A DNA stretch of 33,676 nucleotides from positions 1 through 33,676 of the IMG/VR virus record IMGVR_UViG_3300032257_000075; one strand, 5' to 3'. Origin of the DNA: a virus. Taxonomy: Duplodnaviria > Caudoviricetes. Every line of letters starts with the position of its first letter. Position 1 is the first letter of the stretch. The position numbers and the translations under genes were made by a program. This document shows positions 26,486 through 33,676 of this stretch, one piece after another. Under the pieces are notes generated by a model. It was not told where the DNA came from, searched no databases, and worked only from the letters and a program-made list of their open reading frames with translations.

Positions 26486-26516
26486 ATAGTGTCACCTTCG
26501 GGTGGTATTAGTTTGC
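26482..26516 (+). terminator. cUUCGg hairpin (terminator or processing site)
   Basis: AGTGTCACC-TTCG-GGTGGTATT with extended pairing. Confidence 0.55.
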
Positions 26517-26547
26517 ACTATGCAAAAAATAACTCAAAGGATACTAG

Positions 26548-27288
26548 ATGCAAGAAGAAACATCTACCCAAACAACAGAAATAGCAGCACAAGTTGCAGA
26601 TAGTGGAGCAACAGTAGACACAGCAGTAGCAGGAGGAGAGCCAGCTATAGGCTCATGGAGATTTGATGAAAGCACAGTAGGTACAGGCGATAAACCTGAA
26701 TGGTTTAAAGATAGCAAGTATCAATCAGTAGCAGATCAAGCAAAAGCATATACAGAGTTAGAAGGTCGCTTTGGTGGTTTTACAGGTTCACCAGAAGAGT
26801 ACACTATTAATGATGGTGTAGATTATGATGCAGATAGTCCTCTCTTTAGTAAGTTACAAGAAATAGGTAAAGCTAATAACATGAGTAATGATATGTTTAA
26901 TAACCTTATCTCTATGTATAATGAATCACAAGACAGTGCGTATGAAGAAGCACAAGCAGCAGAGCTTGAAGCACTAGGTAGTGGGGCAGAAACACGTATC
27001 ACTTCTATTAACGATTGGTCTAAAGCTAATATGCCACCTGAGTTGCAAGATACCTTTATGGATAACTTACGTACAGCAGACGATGTAAGAGCAGTAGAAC
27101 ATCTTATCAATATGACTAAAGAACAAAGAGTAGCAAGCCCAAGTACAGCACCTGCACCAACAGCTACAACTAAAGCACAATTAGAAGAGATGCAGTTTGA
27201 GGAAGATCGTTACGGAAACAGACGTTTAGCTACTGACCCTGCATTTAAAAAAGAGTATGATAGAAAGATGGTTGAATTTTATAATTAA
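26548..27288 (+). CDS. Capsid scaffolding protein
   Basis: Acidic; KPEWF..KY....QAKAY.ELE...G..PEEY; precedes major capsid. Confidence 0.85.
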   Translation: MQEETSTQTTEIAAQVADSGATVDTAVAGGEPAIGSWRFDESTVGTGDKPEWFKDSKYQSVADQAKAYTELEGRFGGFTGSPEEYTINDGVDYDADSPLFSKLQEIGKANNMSNDMFNNLISMYNESQDSAYEEAQAAELEALGSGAETRITSINDWSKANMPPELQDTFMDNLRTADDVRAVEHLINMTKEQRVASPSTAPAPTATTKAQLEEMQFEEDRYGNRRLATDPAFKKEYDRKMVEFYN

Positions 27289-27303
27289 TATGGTATAGTT
27301 ATA

Positions 27304-27410
27304 AAGCGGTTGACAGAGCAAGTAAGGCCTAATGTTGATTATAACTACAGTGGCGAGTGGTGTTATAGACCAATACTCAAAATACAAGGGTTCGAATCCC
27401 TTACCGCTAT
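27304..27410 (+). ncRNA. tRNA-like RNA with no identifiable anticodon
   Basis: Acceptor AGCGGT/ACCGCT, T-arm AAGGG-TTCGAAT-CCCTT, D-arm-like TGACAGAG...GGCCTAATGT; upstream TGGTATAGT. Confidence 0.65.
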
Positions 27411-27496
27411 TTTATACAAGTAACTGCTTATTTTTTATACAATTCATTGATTAATTATTAAATTTATGCTATGCTTCTTATAGTGTAAATAATCAA

Positions 27497-27588
27497 CTAC
27501 TTACGAGATACCTCATCAGAGCCTCACTTAGTAGGGATATTTAGCGTTAAGCTATTTAACCCGTCTTTGTGACGGACACCTAAAAGCT
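27497..27588 (+). promoter_or_regulatory. Twin-hairpin 5' leader of major capsid gene
   Basis: Two stems, each with an asymmetric C / AYAC internal loop; TGCTATGCT at 27467-27475 upstream. Confidence 0.55.
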
Positions 27589-27630
27589 AACAACACAAAC
27601 CAAAACTAAATTAACAACAAAGGAACTCAA

Positions 27631-28488
27631 ATGAGTTTACAATTAAGTAATGCTGCATCAACGCAGTTTGATAGCGAAGTAAAACACGCATATCAAGGTA
27701 TGGGTAAGTTATTAGGAACTGTTACTACACGTAATGCAGTAGTAGGTGACACTTACAAGTTTGAACGTATGGGTAAAGGTTTAGCTACAGAGCGAACTGC
27801 ACCATCTTCTGATGTAACACCAATGGATATCACGCATATTCGTCCAACAGCAACCCTTACAGATTGGGAAGCACCAGAGTATACTGATATCTATAACAAA
27901 GCAGAGGTTAACTTCGATGAGGTTCAACAACTAGCACAAACTATTTCAAAAGCGTTAGCACGTAGACGTGATCAGTTTTGTATTGATGCTATGGTAGCAG
28001 GTACATATTCAGCAACACCAGCAGCAGGTGAAGGTGGTCAAGTAGCAGTAGGTCTTACTAACTTAACAGTAGATAAGCTTCGTGCAGCTCAAAAGTATTT
28101 TGATGATAATGAAATTGATGAGTCAGAACGTTTTATCGTTGCTACTTCATCTCAAAAAGCATCTTTACTAGCTGAAACAGAAGTAACTTCATCTGATTAT
28201 GCAAATGTAAAAGCCCTTGTAAACGGTGACGTTAATACATTCCTAGGGTTCAACTTCAAATGGATTGGTGTACGTGGTGAAGGTGGTTTACCTAAGACAG
28301 GTGACAACCGTTCAGTATTCGCTTACCACAAGTCAGCAGTAGGTGAAGCTATCGGTATCGAAATGAAAACACGTGTAGATTATGTACCACAAAAATCTTC
28401 ATGGTTATCAAACGGTATTCTTAAAGGTGGAGCAACTATCATCGATAACGAAGGTATTGTAGAAATTATTTGTGACGAAACTAAGTAA
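27631..28488 (+). CDS. Major capsid protein
   Basis: QF..EVKHAYQG..KL, F.RMGKG.A, EVTSSDY..VKALV.GDVNTFLGFNF, AYHKSAVG; AAGGA RBS. Confidence 0.9.
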   Translation: MSLQLSNAASTQFDSEVKHAYQGMGKLLGTVTTRNAVVGDTYKFERMGKGLATERTAPSSDVTPMDITHIRPTATLTDWEAPEYTDIYNKAEVNFDEVQQLAQTISKALARRRDQFCIDAMVAGTYSATPAAGEGGQVAVGLTNLTVDKLRAAQKYFDDNEIDESERFIVATSSQKASLLAETEVTSSDYANVKALVNGDVNTFLGFNFKWIGVRGEGGLPKTGDNRSVFAYHKSAVGEAIGIEMKTRVDYVPQKSSWLSNGILKGGATIIDNEGIVEIICDETK

Positions 28489-28519
28489 GTTTCGTTATAA
28501 TATATAAAAGGGTTTAATT

Positions 28520-28768
28520 ATGGCAATGACAAGAGCAGCGTTATCAACAGGTAGTCTAGGAAATGGTTCAGCCAATCCTACACTACATACAGCGGTTTCT
28601 GATACTACTAAACTTCTAACAGTAGCAGCAGATTATTTTCTACCAGTATATGACGTATTGAAAGTAGGTGATTTTATTCTAGTAGTCGCTACAGATGGTG
28701 AGCTTTTAGCATCAGTAGTTACAAGTACAAGTGCAGGTGTTACGGTTAGATCAATCGCACTAGCATAA
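28520..28768 (+). CDS. Small virion protein (possible capsid decoration)
   Basis: Follows MCP; YF....LKVGDFI motif. Confidence 0.6.
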   Translation: MAMTRAALSTGSLGNGSANPTLHTAVSDTTKLLTVAADYFLPVYDVLKVGDFILVVATDGELLASVVTSTSAGVTVRSIALA

Positions 28769-28774
28769 TTTATC

Positions 28775-28794
28775 AATACTCCTTCGGGGGTATT
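28775..28794 (+). terminator. cUUCGg hairpin after the capsid genes
   Basis: AATACTCC-TTCG-GGGGTATT. Confidence 0.6.
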
Positions 28795-28816
28795 AACTAA
28801 GTGATGGAGGTGAATC

Positions 28817-29386
28817 ATGGCAGGTAATGCAAGTAAGTTAGGGATTATCTCATCAGCGTTAGTTCTTATAGGTGATGCACCTATTAATAGCCTTGATGAT
28901 GCAGGGGCAGGTGCTATTACAGCTGCTACATTATATGATAGTTCTTTAGAAAATCTAATGACTATGCATAGATGGAGATTTGCAATCAAGCAAGGTCAGC
29001 TATCACGTTTAGTAGCAGCACCTATCAATGATTGGACTTATCAACACCAACTACCAAGCGACTTTTTATATCTAGAAAAATCTACATCATATAACTTTGA
29101 GATATTCGGTGATAAAGTATACTCAAACGACAAAGATGTAACTATAGATTATGGGTTTATGGCAGATGAGAGTGACTTTCCTGCATGGTTTGTTAAGACA
29201 GCAGAATACTTACTAGCTTCTGAATTTGCAATACCTGTTACTGGTAACGCACAAAAAGCACAAACTTATAACGCTATGTTCGAGAAACAGTACAAACGTG
29301 CTAGAAACTTAGATGCAAGTGAGCGTCCTAATGTTGAGATGCAAGATAGCCCACTTATTCATACATTCGCAAGTATTAGAAGCTAA
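28817..29386 (+). CDS. Tail tubular protein A (adaptor, T7 gp11-like)
   Basis: I.S.AL.LIG..PI.SL.D, H.W.FA, LP.DFL, FP.WF...LA.EFA.PVTG. Confidence 0.85.
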   Translation: MAGNASKLGIISSALVLIGDAPINSLDDAGAGAITAATLYDSSLENLMTMHRWRFAIKQGQLSRLVAAPINDWTYQHQLPSDFLYLEKSTSYNFEIFGDKVYSNDKDVTIDYGFMADESDFPAWFVKTAEYLLASEFAIPVTGNAQKAQTYNAMFEKQYKRARNLDASERPNVEMQDSPLIHTFASIRS

Positions 29387-31218
29387 TGAAAACACACATA
29401 GTACAATCGGCTTTTACATCTGGTGAAGTCGCACCTACTTTACATGGTCGTGTAGATATTGACAAATACTATCAATCACTAGCAACAGCTCTTAACGTGG
29501 TTATCATGCCTCATGGTGGGGTACGTAGACGTGGTGGTCTATCTAAAGCTCTAGACTACTCTAAAGCCCTTAACGATGCAGATGCAAAGATAGTACGCAT
29601 CGAAGGCTTTTCTTTTAGTACAACTCAAAAATATGTATTAACATTTACTATTGAAGCAACTACAGGTTATGTAAATATAGTGCGTTTACCAGACCATGAA
29701 CCAATGGCTAAAGTAAGTTTAGGTACTTGGAGTGAAACAGAGTTACGTGATCTTGATTATGTGCAGTCAGCTGACACAGTTTTACTTACACATGAAAATC
29801 ACCCTGTTAGTAAGTTGGTACGTGATAGTGCAGATGAAACTATATGGACTTATTCAAACGTAACTTTAACTAATATACCTACTTTTGATTTTGGAGCAGG
29901 GCTAGAACCTGTATGGAGTGTAACACGTGGATACCCTAAAACGCTTACTTTCCATAAAGGTAGATTATGGTTTGGTGGTTCAACTGATATGCCTAATACT
30001 GTATGGGCTTCTGTTGTTAATGACTTCTTTAACTTTGATACAAGCACTACAGCGGTAGATAAAGCAATCTTTAACACATTAGATGATGATGAATTTAACG
30101 CAGTAAATGGTATCGTATCTGGTCGTGACTTACAAGTGTTTACTACAGGCTCAGAGTTTATACAAAGAACAGAAGTGCCTACACCTACCGATAGTAACTG
30201 GAAGATACAAACACGTTACGGGGCTAAACGTATTAGACCTGCAATTATCGATGGTGCTACATATTACGTAGATCAAACAGGTTCAACTGTAAGACAACAC
30301 TTATACGCAGAAGAAGAAGATGCTTATATCTCACAAAATATCGCACTAATGAGTTCACACCTTATTAGAGATGTTAAAGAAGTAGCTACAGTAAAAGCTA
30401 GAGCTACAGATATTAGTGATTTACTTATAGTTGTAAACACAGATGGAACAGTAGCTGTTATGAACTCTATGCGACACGAGGGTGTTTTAGGTTGGTCGCA
30501 ATGGAATACACAAGGTAACTTTATTGATGTTACAGTAGCAGGTGATGAGATTTACTTTGCAGTAGAACGTGTAGGAACTAATGATACTTCTTATTATTTC
30601 CTAGAGAAGATAACAGAAAGTACATATACTGATCACAACACAGAACTATTTGGTACAGAGCCTACTTTATCAAATGTTATATTTGGTACAGACAACGTAG
30701 TACAATTAGCTGATAATGTAACTTACTTAGATATCTCTACAGGTGGTTTTGTATCAGAGCTACAAGTAAATACTATTGATGAGATGATAGGTTTAGATTA
30801 TAGACTTGTATTAGAAAACTCAGTACAAGAAGATGTTAACTTAACGTCAACAGGTACAGATGCTAATAAAGTAGTTTTACCTAGAGATGCTTATCGTATC
30901 GATGTAGGCTTAAACTATGAAGTAGCTGTAAAAACACTACCTTTAAATGTAAACTTACAACAAGGTGCAAATATCAATCTAAGAAAGCGTGTTATCCGTG
31001 TAGTGCTTAACGTTTATGAGTCTTTAGGCTTGTATGTGCAAGATAGTTTTATGCCTGATAGAAAGTTTGTAGTTTCGTTAGACCAATCACCAGACTTATT
31101 TACAGGTATCAAAGAGATTTATCTACTTGGATATGGTAGACTTGTAGATATAGAAGTAACACAGAGCGACCCATTACCGTTTTCGTTACTTAACTTAGAT
31201 ATTGAATTAGAATTTTAA
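29386..31218 (+). CDS. Tail tubular protein B (nozzle)
   Basis: Q.AFTSGEVAP.L.GR.D, GG..RR.G, QSAD, GYP....FH.GRLWFGG. Confidence 0.9.
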   Translation: MKTHIVQSAFTSGEVAPTLHGRVDIDKYYQSLATALNVVIMPHGGVRRRGGLSKALDYSKALNDADAKIVRIEGFSFSTTQKYVLTFTIEATTGYVNIVRLPDHEPMAKVSLGTWSETELRDLDYVQSADTVLLTHENHPVSKLVRDSADETIWTYSNVTLTNIPTFDFGAGLEPVWSVTRGYPKTLTFHKGRLWFGGSTDMPNTVWASVVNDFFNFDTSTTAVDKAIFNTLDDDEFNAVNGIVSGRDLQVFTTGSEFIQRTEVPTPTDSNWKIQTRYGAKRIRPAIIDGATYYVDQTGSTVRQHLYAEEEDAYISQNIALMSSHLIRDVKEVATVKARATDISDLLIVVNTDGTVAVMNSMRHEGVLGWSQWNTQGNFIDVTVAGDEIYFAVERVGTNDTSYYFLEKITESTYTDHNTELFGTEPTLSNVIFGTDNVVQLADNVTYLDISTGGFVSELQVNTIDEMIGLDYRLVLENSVQEDVNLTSTGTDANKVVLPRDAYRIDVGLNYEVAVKTLPLNVNLQQGANINLRKRVIRVVLNVYESLGLYVQDSFMPDRKFVVSLDQSPDLFTGIKEIYLLGYGRLVDIEVTQSDPLPFSLLNLDIELEF

Positions 31219-31228
31219 AGGAATAATC

Positions 31229-31627
31229 ATGGCAGCAGGTGCAGTATTAGGTGGATTACAATTAGCATCACAAGTTGGTGGAGGTCTTGCAGGCAAAAGA
31301 GCATCAAAAGCTTTAGCTAGACAAGCAGAACTAGATGCTAAGTCAGAAGAAGTAGCACGCATGAGAGATTTAAACGATGCTATGGCGATGCAAGCTTTAA
31401 TGTTTGGTGCAAGTGGTGCATCAGCAGGTGTAGGTAGTGCAGCAACAGCAACACAAGAAAGCCTAACAGAGTTTGAAAAAGATATTAAGATGATACGTGC
31501 AGGTGGACGTGCTAAAGCAGCAGGTATCAGAGCTAAAGGTGCTAAGTCTTTGATGAGTAGCATCGGTAGCGGTTTAATGGAAGGCTACACTACTAAAAAG
31601 AGATTTGATAGAATCGGTAAGGAATAA
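31229..31627 (+). CDS. Small internal virion protein (T7 gp14-like position)
   Basis: Gly/Ala-rich, ASG motif, follows nozzle gene. Confidence 0.65.
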   Translation: MAAGAVLGGLQLASQVGGGLAGKRASKALARQAELDAKSEEVARMRDLNDAMAMQALMFGASGASAGVGSAATATQESLTEFEKDIKMIRAGGRAKAAGIRAKGAKSLMSSIGSGLMEGYTTKKRFDRIGKE

Positions 31628-31629
31628 CA

Positions 31630-33676
31630 ATGGCAGTTCCAGTATATAGATCACAAGTAGCAAGACCAGATACAACAGCTACAGCAGGACTAGCACAAGC
31701 AACACAACAACAGTTTAGTACCCTTAGCCAACGTATCGGACAATTTACTAATGTACAATACGGACAAGAAGTTAAAGAAGCTAAGATACAAGCTAGTGAT
31801 GACGCACAAAAAAGCTTTTTAGAAGGTGGTGAAAGCCGTAGACTAAAAGAAGATAACACTATCTATGCTGAAACATTTAACGATAGAATGAGAGGACTTA
31901 ACACTAAACAGGCTGTTTTAGATGCTAACGATGCAGCGAGTCAATATGCAGAACAATTTAAACTAGACCCTGTATCTTTTAACGAAACATTCACAAACTA
32001 CAAAAAAGAAGTGATAAGTAAAGCATCTAATGCAGATACTGCTAATCTTTCACTATCACTAGCATCTATTGGAGCTTCACACTTTAGTAAATTACAGTCT
32101 GATCATATGGCAAGAGTAAAAGAAAAAGAGATAGCTATTAACGATAACTTTAGTGAGCAGATGAAACGTGATATAGGTAACGCTAGTTATGAGGGTAACT
32201 TTCAACAGATGGTACACTTCACAGATGAGCAAACTAAGTTTCTACAAGAACAATATGAACTAGGCAATATGAGCCAAGAGCAAGTAGACAAAGAAATTAA
32301 AAGTATTAGTAGAACATCTTTATCTAATCAGCTACAAGGTATTAACGATAGATTGATTACTAAGAAGGATTATGACAATGCACAAAAAGGTATTGATGAC
32401 TTTAGAAGTGTTACTCATGCAGACTTATCTGTTAAAGAACGTGACGCTATTGCAGATGGACTACAAGCAGATTTAAACCAATCATTAGCTAAGGAAGTAG
32501 CTAGTGAAAGAGTTATAGGAAATGCTAATAAGAAACTAATCAAAGATAAGATAAGTTTACTTGAAGCAGGACATAAAACAGCATGGAGTGAAGAACTATA
32601 TAACAGTGCATCACCACAAGATAAAGTATTACTAGATGAAGCTAGAGTAGTTAACTCTACTGTGCTTAAATATAAAAGTATGCAACCTAACAATCTATCA
32701 GCAGTTGTAAGCGTATTAGAAAATAAAAAGAATACAACTATTGAAGAAAAGAAAGTCTACAAAGTCCTAAAGAGAATGGAGTCAGAAAATAGAGAGATGT
32801 TAAAGAATGACCCATACCAGTTAGCAACTAAACAAGGCATCATCACGCAACGTTCACCTATGCCAAGTGTAACGACTATGAGAGCTGGTGAGTTTGGTAT
32901 GTACTTAAAAAGTTACTTACCTGATGCTATCACTGTATCATCACAATACGGACAACCAGTAGGAGTATTTGACCCAGACACAGCTAAACAAATAGCAGTA
33001 GACTATACACAAATGAATGCACAAGAAAAGATAGGTCTAGTTGCTGAGATAAACACACTACCACAAGATATAGCACTTAAGACTTTTGAACAAGTTAGTA
33101 AGGGCGGTAGTAATCAAATGGCAATGGTCGGTTCACTTGTATTCCAAGGGCAAAGTGCTGCAGCAGAAAACATCATCAAAGGTAGCGACTATATCAAAAG
33201 TGGATATCAACCACCAAGAGCAATGTCTAGCCAAGTGTTAGCAAAACTATCTAAAGTAAGTGATGGGTTCACAGTTGAAACTAGAAAGATGTTTACTAAG
33301 TCTATTATTGATATGTACGCATACAAAGTTACACAATCTGAAAAAGCTTTAGATATTAACGAACTAGGGGTACAAATAGTAGACCCTACTATGCTTAAAG
33401 AATCTATGAATGAAGTATTAGGTGGAGTTGTTAAGTCACCAAATGGTAATGACATTATCGCACCTAAGTACGGTATGAGTGAAGATAGAACAGAAGAGTG
33501 GATAGATGGTCTAACAGTAGATGATATTAATAACATGGGCGGTATCTCATCAGCAGGTGGTAAAGAAGCATCTAAAGAAGAAGTAGAAGCTATACTAAAC
33601 GATATCAAGAATAACAGCTCAGTAAAACTTATCCCCAAAGGTACTGGTAAATACTACATTAAATATGGTGCAGGTT
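31630..33676 (+). CDS. Internal virion protein, 698 aa once joined across the circular junction (ends at 177); missed by ORF track
   Basis: ATG 31630 with AAGGA RBS; frame appears open to the window end and continues in frame to TAG 175-177. Confidence 0.85.
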   Translation, partial: MAVPVYRSQVARPDTTATAGLAQATQQQFSTLSQRIGQFTNVQYGQEVKEAKIQASDDAQKSFLEGGESRRLKEDNTIYAETFNDRMRGLNTKQAVLDANDAASQYAEQFKLDPVSFNETFTNYKKEVISKASNADTANLSLSLASIGASHFSKLQSDHMARVKEKEIAINDNFSEQMKRDIGNASYEGNFQQMVHFTDEQTKFLQEQYELGNMSQEQVDKEIKSISRTSLSNQLQGINDRLITKKDYDNAQKGIDDFRSVTHADLSVKERDAIADGLQADLNQSLAKEVASERVIGNANKKLIKDKISLLEAGHKTAWSEELYNSASPQDKVLLDEARVVNSTVLKYKSMQPNNLSAVVSVLENKKNTTIEEKKVYKVLKRMESENREMLKNDPYQLATKQGIITQRSPMPSVTTMRAGEFGMYLKSYLPDAITVSSQYGQPVGVFDPDTAKQIAVDYTQMNAQEKIGLVAEINTLPQDIALKTFEQVSKGGSNQMAMVGSLVFQGQSAAAENIIKGSDYIKSGYQPPRAMSSQVLAKLSKVSDGFTVETRKMFTKSIIDMYAYKVTQSEKALDINELGVQIVDPTMLKESMNEVLGGVVKSPNGNDIIAPKYGMSEDRTEEWIDGLTVDDINNMGGISSAGGKEASKEEVEAILNDIKNNSSVKLIPKGTGKYYIKYGAG
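33550..33676. repeat. 127-bp terminal direct repeat (right copy)
   Basis: Identical to 1-127. Confidence 0.95.

Noticed and set aside
27349-27360. tRNA-like loop AGTGGCGAGTGG pairing with rep-leader loop CCACGCCA
   Set aside because: Needs a 2-nt bulge and has only 5 contiguous pairs; indistinguishable from chance
28470-28520. T7-like frameshift or readthrough extension of the major capsid protein
   Set aside because: No slippery sequence, and all frames hit stops within a few codons
30645-30695. TATTTGGTACAGA repeated twice in the nozzle gene
   Set aside because: Both copies are in frame and encode FGT(E/D); explained by a short peptide repeat
1-33676. CRISPR array, diversity-generating retroelement, introns/inteins or stop-codon recoding
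   Set aside because: No repeat-spacer array or reverse transcriptase seen; core genes are uninterrupted; TAA, TAG and TGA all end genes under the standard code

Overview
The window is an apparently complete, circularly assembled, AT-rich double-stranded DNA phage genome of 33,549 bp. The last 127 bp (33550-33676) repeat the first 127 bp exactly. It encodes a podovirus-type virion module: small and large terminase, portal, scaffold, major capsid, tail tubular A/B, epsilon15/phiV10-like internal proteins and a tail fibre with a T7 gp17-type N-terminus. It also has a lysis region (spanin pair, M15 peptidase endolysin), a reverse-strand HNH-AP2 endonuclease, and a recombination/replication module (Rad52/Sak-like annealase, Gp157, SSB, replisome organiser, DnaB split into two genes, RusA, two minimal C5 methyltransferases). 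I recognised no integrase, DNA polymerase or RNA polymerase. Promoter and RBS style suggest a Campylobacterota host (inference). The most interesting signals are non-coding or unannotated: (i) a candidate ~110-nt anti-Shine-Dalgarno sRNA complementary to a near-identical RBS found in two operons that also share a 19-bp promoter/operator, one of them carrying an unannotated 43-aa ribbon-helix-helix gene and a 1-2-3 series of zinc-ribbon paralogues; (ii) two switch-like or kissing-loop leaders before the HTH and replication genes; (iii) an anticodon-less tRNA-like RNA and a twin-hairpin leader before the capsid gene; (iv) AAGTCCGAG repeats inside terS that may mark pac. All functional calls come from motif recognition by eye; no searches were run.
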